NCBI GenBank assembly: GCA_043801745.1
Contig: JAZDLR010000021.1
Location: 6,018 to 70,017, forward strand
Direction: 5' to 3'
From: Candidatus Komeilibacteria bacterium
Lineage (GTDB): Bacteria; Patescibacteriota; Patescibacteriia; UBA1558; 2-01-FULL-52-15
DNA: 64,000 bases
Shown: piece by piece, positions 22,401 to 29,498 of the stretch
Numbering within the stretch: the stretch's first letter is position 1
Layout: the number at the start of each line of letters is the position of its first letter
Notes under the pieces: model-generated
Seen by the model: the letters and a program-made list of their open reading frames with translations, nothing else
Databases searched by the model: none
Told to the model about the DNA's origin: nothing
Made by a program: the position numbers and the translations under genes

Positions 22401-24068
22401 CAATCATGCACTTATGTTTGTCAGACAAATTGGCAATGTTCAGCTTGGTCGGTTTGTAGTAATAGTCAGCAAGTACGCGGCTGTATTGATGCTAATAACT
22501 GTAATATTTTTTCCGGTAAACCAGCCGAGAGTCAATCCTGTATCAACCCACCTAGAAGCGGAGGTGGTGGGGGCGGTAGTGGCCCCGCAATTTCCGGTTG
22601 CGAGGAAAGGTGGGTTTGTAGCGACTGGACAAATTGTTCCGGCGGAACTCAGATGCGTGCCTGCACTGACAGCAATCAGTGTGGCACAGTCTTGAATAAG
22701 CCTCTTTTGTCTCAGAGCTGTCAGGCGGCTTGTAAACCTTTTAAGGTGTGTCAGGAGTGGTCAGCCTGTATAAATGGGAGTCAGATTAGGGACTGTCAGG
22801 ATGTCAGTAGCTGTGGCGCCACAGCGGATACGACACTCACCCGCGACTGCTTAAGTGATACAGCTGCGGATATTATTTCGCCGGAAACTTATATTTCCCA
22901 GGCAGCAGTTCAGGGAGATACGGCTTCAATATTAGTTTATGCCAGTGATAATCAGACACCTTCGGCCAGCTTGAAATTATTTTGCCGCGTTGATCGCACG
23001 GAGGAAACTCAGTGTCCAACTGGTCAGCGGGTAATTTTAAGAAATTTAGCCAACGGCAGACACATCATTCATATTAGCAGTCTTGATGCTGCTGGTAATA
23101 AAGATTTGACGCCGGCTGAAGCAATAATCACAGTCACTAATTTACAACAAATTATTACTATTCCCAAGTCGGGCCCAAGTTTAGTCAGGATATTTGATAA
23201 TTTAGGCCGCCTGCTGTCGCAATTTTATGCCTTTGCTGCTTGGCATAAGTGGGGCGGCAGCGTCGGGGTGATTTATACTAATCAAGGACAGGAAATTGTT
23301 GCTGCTGCCGGCCGTGGTGGTCCGCCCGAAGTCAAGCTGTTTACTAAGGAAGGGAATTTGCTTAGCAGCTTTATGGCTTATCCGGATAATTTCCGCGGTG
23401 GCGTCAACGTGGCCGTGGCTGATTTAAATGGTGATGGCTTGCAGGAAATTATTACTGCTCCGGCTAGCGGAACCGGTCCTTGGCTCCGAGTTTTTAAAAC
23501 CGATGGAACTTTGGTAGGAGAGGGTTTGGCCGGAGACAAAGATTTCCGCGGCGGTTTGAATATCGCGGCCGGCACTTTAGATAACAGTGGAACTGATAAA
23601 CTGGTAGTAGCGGCGGCCAGTAACGGTACAGGAGAGATTAGTATTTATTCCTTGAAAGATGGAATTTTAGCTCAGGATAAAATTGTGAAACTGGAAGTAG
23701 TAACAGCCACCGCTGGCATATCTGTTGCTATTTCTCAAGTTACCGGTGAGGAGCCGCAGATTATTGCCAGTGTGACTGAAGGTTCTAAGACGCCGGAGAT
23801 TTATGTTTATGCTGCAACTTTGGATTATGTCGGCAAGATTCTGGCCGGAGACGCGAAATTTACCGGTGGTCTAACGGTTGGTAGCGGGGGATTGCGGTCG
23901 GAAGCCGGAGCCAAGGAAATTATTTCCGCTATTTACTCACAAGCCCGCTGCCGCATAACTTTATATTCTCCCGGAGAAAATCTTAAAAATTTACAGCCGG
24001 TCAGAACATTCGCTCCTTATGGTTGGAGTCGGTTTAGTATCAATGCTGTTATCGGCGCGCTTTATTAG
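19434..24068 (+). CDS. Large multidomain surface protein (GH-like barrel, CBM-like, lectin-like, 5 Cys-rich repeats, FG-GAP repeats)
   Basis: N-terminal TM segments; GYDVAGEP; YTMKGWVK..HDWTEIT..VWFDD; five C-x3-(W/F/K)-x-C-x2-W repeats; NFRGGVNVAVADLNGDGLQEII. Confidence 0.8.
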   Translation: MKNNKQSGLFWRMASIIGAVLFLIFISRWAAARITKRRKMTLFGGVAILALAFVSFNVQGKYNDVLTVPAYLSDNTVKMATYQPTFHNALYWPFQSCYEGSCSGYHRTLPVGWPGDTTDSETIRSIGAESILYGDTGLNLYSEGTSADPAVMAQLDWAASVGMKVNMWDSVTDYYIRWGTYYSLPQIQIHINRVVELYASHSGLGGYDVAGEPEGWGASPIQREGMYARLGQVTALYKAADPNHRVYAGTASAAKMRFCREGRPTEWANSGFDSLRGGGALIDENSQEFQTNIENRIDLLDVDYLCTENYGIPFGFSLAANYWAGDSITPAETRMYIYLLLAHGGQGLEWFPYGTEGGLVWDNQAPDYTLNFSNWLPAMQGGLIYKDSQFKKPPGSSNVHYAVDTLEKHSGNYSARMDFSGVAGYNFNLRLFPPGDVSATWPPNFRGLKANTSYTMKGWVKIDGDADIQLKAIGPMIAGDGSDVNYAYSENLRGTHDWTEITKSFTTGATTGLFTFGPYSNSASTGSVWFDDFSLIETADPTQRNLAAKFNPGFETVTGADRTPREPLYSAVRTLNSELATLGPLMVSLKRISAFDDQKVPTKGLVNSVSSSVPVGQPRVEIGVFATADSNADYYLAVVNRNINSAATVNLVVNSAANLSLTDALTGASQNAVSNGTTASTVISLPAGGGKIFHLTGIKYNPPQKTLVYSEDFDDGAAQGWTMTGGTWTYVNDNDGKVLDVRDSSGLAYALDRAHVYDDLEYSGKVKIMSDHDMSYGVSPIDITFRKDPNDPSPGNNKYDMRITLDPGAESSVGVVELGRRDTGSTTWFCLLTDENFARGDRYVDFKIRAYGNRIEGYFDGTKYIDCIDNSGLGFSSGYIGLRVSAGAHLRFDDLQVYSLTAASSSCTENWGCSDWSACVNSLQTRTCVDANSCGTETTKPATSQACLPPCESNFQCDDWSVCSSQGGQTRACVDINSCDPPGVSPPTTQSCTYVCQTNWQCSAWSVCSNSQQVRGCIDANNCNIFSGKPAESQSCINPPRSGGGGGGSGPAISGCEERWVCSDWTNCSGGTQMRACTDSNQCGTVLNKPLLSQSCQAACKPFKVCQEWSACINGSQIRDCQDVSSCGATADTTLTRDCLSDTAADIISPETYISQAAVQGDTASILVYASDNQTPSASLKLFCRVDRTEETQCPTGQRVILRNLANGRHIIHISSLDAAGNKDLTPAEAIITVTNLQQIITIPKSGPSLVRIFDNLGRLLSQFYAFAAWHKWGGSVGVIYTNQGQEIVAAAGRGGPPEVKLFTKEGNLLSSFMAYPDNFRGGVNVAVADLNGDGLQEIITAPASGTGPWLRVFKTDGTLVGEGLAGDKDFRGGLNIAAGTLDNSGTDKLVVAAASNGTGEISIYSLKDGILAQDKIVKLEVVTATAGISVAISQVTGEEPQIIASVTEGSKTPEIYVYAATLDYVGKILAGDAKFTGGLTVGSGGLRSEAGAKEIISAIYSQARCRITLYSPGENLKNLQPVRTFAPYGWSRFSINAVIGALY

Positions 24069-24087
24069 ATTGAACCAGATCTGGACA

Positions 24088-24122
24088 TAAAAAAACAGAG
24101 GCTTGATCATAACCTCTGTTTT
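24088..24122. terminator. Bidirectional intrinsic terminator
   Basis: aaaacagagg-cttgatcataa-cctctgtttt between convergent genes. Confidence 0.7.
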
Positions 24123-24127
24123 GTTGT

Positions 24128-25888
24128 TTATAACTTTAATTCACCGGAACGGCCAGTGATAAGTTCCCGGAGTTTATTCAGTAGCGCTTCTGATTCAATA
24201 TTAACCAGCTGTTCTTGTCCGCGTATACGTACCTGCAAATCGCCGCCATCAACTTCTTTTTGCCCTAACACAATCTGATAGGGGATTTTCTGACCAGCAG
24301 CTTTACGGATTCTATTACCCAGAGTTTCATTACCATCATCAATAGTAACGCGGATTCCCTGCGCTTTCCAGTTAGCCGCCAGTTTATGAGCAGACTCAGT
24401 AAATTTGTCGCTGACCGGTAATAAGATGACTTGAATCGGCGCCAGCCAGAGGGGGAAGTTGCCGGCGTAGTGTTCGATTAAGAAACAGAGGAATCTTTCG
24501 TGAGTGGACAGTGGGGCGCGGTGGATAACAAAGACCTGATTATTTAGAGCGCCAGTACTGTCAGTATAGGATAGATGAAAACGCTCTTTGGCCAGGAAAT
24601 CCAGCTGAATCGTCGACATAGACTCTTCACGGCCAATAACCGAGCGGAACTGCACGTCAATTTTTGGGCCATAGAAAGCTGCTTCGTCACTGACCTCTTC
24701 AAATTTAACATTCATTTTTTTTAATAGCTGGCGCAGAATATCTTCGGTCATGGACCAATTTTCCGGCTGGTCAATGTACTTTTCCTTATGAGCCGGATCC
24801 CAGAGTGATAGCCGGAACCAATAATCATTCAGACCGAATAGCTGGAAGTATTTTTGTGTTAGCTGCATTACTTTGGCCACTTCTTCTTCGATCTGATCGG
24901 CGCGAACGTAAATATGGCCATCATTCATGGATAGCATGCGTACGCGCAGTAAACCTGCCAAAGCCCCAGATAATTCATTACGGTAGCAGGTGCCGTATTC
25001 AGCTAAACGTACAGGTAAATCACGGTAACTGCGCGGCTTGGATAAGTAAATCAAATGGTGATGTGGACAGTTCATGGGTTTAAGATAATAGGTACCATCA
25101 TCCATTTGCATAGCCGGGTACATACTGTCTTTATAGTAGGGAAGGTGCCGCGACATTTGAAATAGTGGCTCTTTAGCCATATGTGGAGTGGAAACTCGCT
25201 GATAGCCATCAGCATTTTCCATTTCAATGGCTAGTTTCTCAATCTCATTTTTAATAATCGTTCCGTTGGGAAGCCATAAAGGCAGACCCTTACCGACCAG
25301 ATCATCGAAAGTGAAGAGCTCCATTTCTTTACCGATTTTACGGTGGTCACGTTTTTTGGACTGCTCCAGATTATTGAGATAGACATTCATTTCGTCCGCC
25401 GTGGCAAAAGCCGTACCGTAAATGCGGGTCAGCATTTTATTTTTCTCATCTCCGCGCCAGTAAGCACCGGCTAGGGAAAGTAATTTGAAATGCTGCAAAT
25501 CTTGGCCGGGATTGTCCGTGTGACCGCCGCGGCAAAGGTCAGTAAAGTTGCCGGCGGTGTAAAGAGAAATTTTCTGTCCGGCTTTAATAATTTCCTCAAT
25601 AAGCTCCAGCTTGAAAGGATTGTCAGCAAACATTTTCTTAGCCTCTTCCGGACTGACTTCCCGACGTTCAAATTTGTTCCAGGTTGGAGCCAAGAGCCGC
25701 ATTTTGTCTTCAATTTTTCCCAATTCATTCTCGGAGATAGGACTGGCAAAATCGAAGTCATAATAAAAGCCCTCATCGATAACCGGACCGATAGTATGTT
25801 TGGTGTTAGGATAAAGTTCCATCACCGCGGCGGCCAGTAAATGTGCGGCGGAGTGACGGAGATTATTTAGGTCATTATTTTTTTCCAT
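24128..25888 (-). CDS. thrS: Threonine--tRNA ligase (no TGS domain)
   Basis: LRHSAAHLL, DLCRGGH, GAYWRGDEKN, RDHRKIG, KPMNCPHH, YRNELSG, AFYGPKID, IHRA. Confidence 0.98.
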   Translation of the reverse strand: MEKNNDLNNLRHSAAHLLAAAVMELYPNTKHTIGPVIDEGFYYDFDFASPISENELGKIEDKMRLLAPTWNKFERREVSPEEAKKMFADNPFKLELIEEIIKAGQKISLYTAGNFTDLCRGGHTDNPGQDLQHFKLLSLAGAYWRGDEKNKMLTRIYGTAFATADEMNVYLNNLEQSKKRDHRKIGKEMELFTFDDLVGKGLPLWLPNGTIIKNEIEKLAIEMENADGYQRVSTPHMAKEPLFQMSRHLPYYKDSMYPAMQMDDGTYYLKPMNCPHHHLIYLSKPRSYRDLPVRLAEYGTCYRNELSGALAGLLRVRMLSMNDGHIYVRADQIEEEVAKVMQLTQKYFQLFGLNDYWFRLSLWDPAHKEKYIDQPENWSMTEDILRQLLKKMNVKFEEVSDEAAFYGPKIDVQFRSVIGREESMSTIQLDFLAKERFHLSYTDSTGALNNQVFVIHRAPLSTHERFLCFLIEHYAGNFPLWLAPIQVILLPVSDKFTESAHKLAANWKAQGIRVTIDDGNETLGNRIRKAAGQKIPYQIVLGQKEVDGGDLQVRIRGQEQLVNIESEALLNKLRELITGRSGELKL

Positions 25889-25953
25889 AGGTTTTATATT
25901 TTAAGTTTCAAGTATCAATTACCAAGTTTCAAACAATAATTAAGTTTCAAGTT

Positions 25954-26316
25954 TCAATTTCGTTGCTCAGTCTTGATGATAATCGCCGTGAAAATTTTTA
26001 CTAACTGTCTAGCTTCTGATAATAAATCCTGATGTATCAAATTCTGGGTTGCTTCTACTTGAATCAGCTCAAGCCAATAGGCTGATTCCCTCGCTTCTTT
26101 GCGAGAAATTTTTAGGCGCATAAGAAAATCCTTTTTACTAAGCGCCTCGCAGGCCTCGAGGTAGTTGGCACCAACAGATCCAGATGATCGGGTTAGTTGC
26201 TTACCGTCTTCAATATTTGTCAGGGTTCGCGGCAGTGTTTTAATGAGCTGTCTGATACTTCTGGCAAAGTTTAGTGTGCGATCTGCAATGTCGTATTTTT
26301 TGCTGGGGATAGTCAT
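25954..26316 (-). CDS. Four-helix-bundle protein (23S rRNA IVP / bAvd-like family)
   Basis: QLTRSSGSVGANYLEA, SKKDF, ISRKEARESAYWL. Confidence 0.92.
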   Translation of the reverse strand: MTIPSKKYDIADRTLNFARSIRQLIKTLPRTLTNIEDGKQLTRSSGSVGANYLEACEALSKKDFLMRLKISRKEARESAYWLELIQVEATQNLIHQDLLSEARQLVKIFTAIIIKTEQRN

Positions 26317-26414
26317 AATTATTAAATGATTATTATTAAATCCCCGTTTTAATTTAACTTGATTATTGTTGCTTAAATATTGTTTGGAAATTGATTATTG
26401 AATATTGGCCATTT

Positions 26415-26575
26415 AATAAAACCCCAAGAATTTCCCGGGGTCCCTTAGTAAATTAACTTAGGACGTTTCCACCCGAGTTCCCCCTGTATTATCAGGAGAC
26501 ACTCATTTATCTGACTTAGGCCAGTTACCCAGCACTTATTCAGTAGTGAGTTGGTAGCTCACTCAATCGTCATTA
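26415..26575 (-). ncRNA. T-box riboswitch (Thr) with ultrashort Stem I and terminator
   Basis: Minus strand: hairpin agtgag-ctACCaa-ctcact; stem III ctcctg-ataata-cagggg; antiterminator cggg-TGGAAAC-gtcc...ggac-cccg overlapping terminator accccggga-aat-tcttggggt-ttt; upstream of thrS. Confidence 0.82.
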
Positions 26576-26578
26576 GGT

Positions 26579-26607
26579 ATCTTAAAACTAATGTTTTTTC
26601 TTGTCAA
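26579..26607 (-). promoter_or_regulatory. sigma70-type promoter of the T-box/thrS transcript
   Basis: TTGACA-17nt-TAAGAT on minus strand directly upstream of the T-box. Confidence 0.8.
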
Positions 26608-27740
26608 TTACTGTTCGCTTGATCGGGATTAATCATTTCAATTTTGATGTGATCTACTAAGCGTGGAATATGACGAACCCAGAAAGGAAATAATACGACC
26701 TGGGCATTTTTTACTCCCTGATCGTTAAGATATTTTTGCGCCTCTTGGGCGGTCTTACCCACTAAGACGGACGGATCGATGAAATCATTGATCGTATTGT
26801 TGCTGGCAATAGAAGCTTCCAGATGTATTTTGGCCGTGGCAGAAGCTGTGGTGGTGTTAAAGTCAGTTAAACTATAAGTAAAGCTGTCGTTTTTGATTTG
26901 TAATAGGCTGGCGCTACTAGGCAGTTTCTCCTGTAATTTATCTGTAGCTAATAATAACAGGCGGTCAGGTTCAAAAATCATAGTGGTAAAAGTCGCCTCA
27001 ACTTGATAGCTAAATTGCTGAGTTTTAGTTCCCAAGCCCGGGTCAATTTTTTCGTTGATCACTGTGGCCACAATATGATCAGGTGAGAGATCAAGGGCGG
27101 TAGGCATTTGGGTTTTAAGTTGCTTTGCTGCAGTTTGTTTCAGGCCTTCCAGTAAACTTTTCCGCGCCTGGTCAACATCAGCGCTGCCCAGGGTTAGAGC
27201 TTCAGGTCGCTCCATTGACGCCGGTTTGTCACTCTGGCCGTAAATTTTATCTTGTTGACTTAAGGGTAATCCCGGAATAGTAAAGCGTCCGGCCGCTACC
27301 TGATAGTCGGTTCCGGGTTTGTCAGCCACAATCAGCGCTCCAATGGTTCCGTTGGCCGGTACTGTGGTACTGGCCGCCAGGCGAAACAGCTTATTGTCGG
27401 CGCTTAAGAAACGGGTAGTTTTGACTAAGGTTTGCGGCCTGGCAGTAGTATTGGTAATGGTAATTGTCGCGCTGGCTGTGTCGCTGGTGATTAATTTGCC
27501 CGATACAGAAAAAACTTTTTGCTGTTCCAGATCAATTGAAGCGGTTTCACCGTAAACCTCATCAGGCCCAGCACTATTAGTAATTTCAATTGGCGCTTCG
27601 AGGATGAAGTTCTCAACTTTAGCTGGAATTTTTATAGTGGCTAGGGCCAAAGTTATATGGACAATAACAATAATGACAATTACAGTGATTATCATAAAAA
27701 AGGTGGCAATATGGCTATAGAGGTTGCCCGAGCGTTTCAT
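26604..27740 (-). CDS. Membrane-anchored protein (baseplate J-like, CPR-type)
   Basis: N-terminal TM helix; ITNTT..QTLVKTTRF, ADKPG, FTIPGL, PFW motifs. Confidence 0.6.
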   Translation of the reverse strand: MKRSGNLYSHIATFFMIITVIVIIVIVHITLALATIKIPAKVENFILEAPIEITNSAGPDEVYGETASIDLEQQKVFSVSGKLITSDTASATITITNTTARPQTLVKTTRFLSADNKLFRLAASTTVPANGTIGALIVADKPGTDYQVAAGRFTIPGLPLSQQDKIYGQSDKPASMERPEALTLGSADVDQARKSLLEGLKQTAAKQLKTQMPTALDLSPDHIVATVINEKIDPGLGTKTQQFSYQVEATFTTMIFEPDRLLLLATDKLQEKLPSSASLLQIKNDSFTYSLTDFNTTTASATAKIHLEASIASNNTINDFIDPSVLVGKTAQEAQKYLNDQGVKNAQVVLFPFWVRHIPRLVDHIKIEMINPDQANSN

Positions 27741-27789
27741 AGGGTTATTATAGTGAATTGAAGACGTGCTGTCTATCAGTCAAATAATT

Positions 27790-28221
27790 TTATTTATTCA
27801 ATATGGCAAAGCCTTTTTTAATCGCTTTGCCTTCCTCTTCGTTTCCAGCAAATAACTTAGCTGCCTCTTCGGGTCCGACCCAGCGGAATTCGGAATGGTC
27901 TGCGGCATTGATTTTAATGTCTTGGTCGGGACTGACCAGGGTAGCGAAATAATCAACTTCGATTGAATGCTCCGAGTTATTGTCAATATAAGTGAAAACA
28001 AAGAAAGGTTCATCAATTTTTACGTCGATATGCAACTCTTCTTTAATTTCACGGGCCAAGCCTTGTTCCATGGTTTCGCCAAATTCAATATGACCGCCCG
28101 GCAACTCATATTGTCCGGCTAAAAATTTTTTGGTATCGGCCCGGCGCGCTACCAATAATTTCCCCTCTCGGTGAATAAAAGCGCTGGCTGTGATTTTTTG
28201 AGTTTTGTTGTCGATATTCAT
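27790..28221 (-). CDS. NUDIX hydrolase
   Basis: Nudix box PGGHIEFGETMEQGLAREIKEELH. Confidence 0.92.
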   Translation of the reverse strand: MNIDNKTQKITASAFIHREGKLLVARRADTKKFLAGQYELPGGHIEFGETMEQGLAREIKEELHIDVKIDEPFFVFTYIDNNSEHSIEVDYFATLVSPDQDIKINAADHSEFRWVGPEEAAKLFAGNEEEGKAIKKGFAILNK

Positions 28222-28228
28222 AGATATA

Positions 28229-28564
28229 TTAGGTTATCTTATTTCCCGCCAGTAAATGAAAATGTAAATGAGGAGAATCTTGAAATTTACCCATATTAGT
28301 TATCAGTTTAGCCCCGTCTTTTTCTAAATTAATTTTTTTAGCTAAATCTCTGGTAACATTCAATATTTCCATCAGTATTGGTTGATCTTCAGTCGATAAA
28401 TCAACCAGGCTATTTATATGTTTTTTCGGAATAATGACAATATGAGTCATATATTGAGGTTTGGTATGTTGGAAAGCCAAAACGTTATCTGATTCATATT
28501 CAATATTCACTTTTGTTTTGCCGGATAGTACTTGGTCACAATAGAAATCGAGCGGGTTATTCAT
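28229..28564 (-). CDS. HIT family hydrolase
   Basis: HIVIIPKKH and histidine triad HLHFH. Confidence 0.92.
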   Translation of the reverse strand: MNNPLDFYCDQVLSGKTKVNIEYESDNVLAFQHTKPQYMTHIVIIPKKHINSLVDLSTEDQPILMEILNVTRDLAKKINLEKDGAKLITNMGKFQDSPHLHFHLLAGNKIT

Positions 28565-28630
28565 AAATATCAGAGGCTAATCATTTTGACTAAGATATGA
28601 AATAAGTGGTTCTGGATAATTTGTAATTCT

Positions 28631-29416
28631 TTACTTTGAACTTTTTTCTCGTATTGTTTTGAGAGAGGTCTCATAGCGGATTCTTTCTGGATTCGAAAAA
28701 TCTTTAAGTGCTTCAATTCTTGTCGAGATATTGGCTAGATTTTTTTCAAGCTGATTGAAGAACTCCGGCTTCAGAAAATCTTGAACGCTCTTTAAAAGCG
28801 GCTCAACATGGTATTTGATAAAACCATGCCGATTAACTATCCAATCGGTCATATTGGCAGGACTATTTTGCGGCGATTCTTCTAATAAGCGCATACTTTC
28901 ATCAATCCAGCCATCCCAACCCTTAATAAATCCACTGACATCCGCCAGCGCCAGGAGTTTTTGTGCCGGCGTTTTAGGCCCGTAGTCCCGATAGTAAGTT
29001 TTTTTATTATCCGGCAGCTTGGCTTTGTCAGATTGCCCGAAAGAAGTTGCCAGAATATTGTCTCGCATGAATCGTAGGTCGTCATCGGGTAGAAGGCCGT
29101 GTGTATCTTCTCCCAATAATTTTACGGCGTATTCTTCATTACTTAGCCCATCATCTAGGGTATCCTGTCGGTAAGTATTTCCTGAATGTCCATCGTCGTG
29201 ACGTAAAGCACATTCTAGCAGCATTGCTTTTTCCTTTTCCGTCAGCAAGGTATTATCGGACAGATTGTCTAAAAATTTTTTAACATTAGCCTGAACTTCT
29301 TCAGCGTGTTGTTTATTATGATACGGATGATCTAATTCTTGAAGTCTCCGGTCCAATTTTTCTCTTGTCCCTCGGAAAACTTCCTCAATATTTGGTGGAT
29401 TTTCTGGCAGTTCCAT
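28631..29416 (-). CDS. HD-domain metal-dependent phosphohydrolase (PDE-like)
   Basis: YHNKQHA, ALRHDDGH, NEE, ILAT, LALADVS. Confidence 0.75.
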   Translation of the reverse strand: MELPENPPNIEEVFRGTREKLDRRLQELDHPYHNKQHAEEVQANVKKFLDNLSDNTLLTEKEKAMLLECALRHDDGHSGNTYRQDTLDDGLSNEEYAVKLLGEDTHGLLPDDDLRFMRDNILATSFGQSDKAKLPDNKKTYYRDYGPKTPAQKLLALADVSGFIKGWDGWIDESMRLLEESPQNSPANMTDWIVNRHGFIKYHVEPLLKSVQDFLKPEFFNQLEKNLANISTRIEALKDFSNPERIRYETSLKTIREKSSK

Positions 29417-29498
29417 AGATATGAATAAGTTAAGATATTAGTGTTCTTGTCTGCTAATCAGACACTTAATAAACCTTAGCCAATCCCAGCGAATTTGT

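Noticed and set aside
25954-26316. Diversity-generating retroelement suggested by the Avd-like protein
   Set aside because: No reverse transcriptase and no TR/VR repeat pair seen.
26604-27740. Prophage suggested by the baseplate-J-like protein
   Set aside because: No other phage structural, terminase or integrase genes; such proteins occur as isolated genes in CPR genomes.
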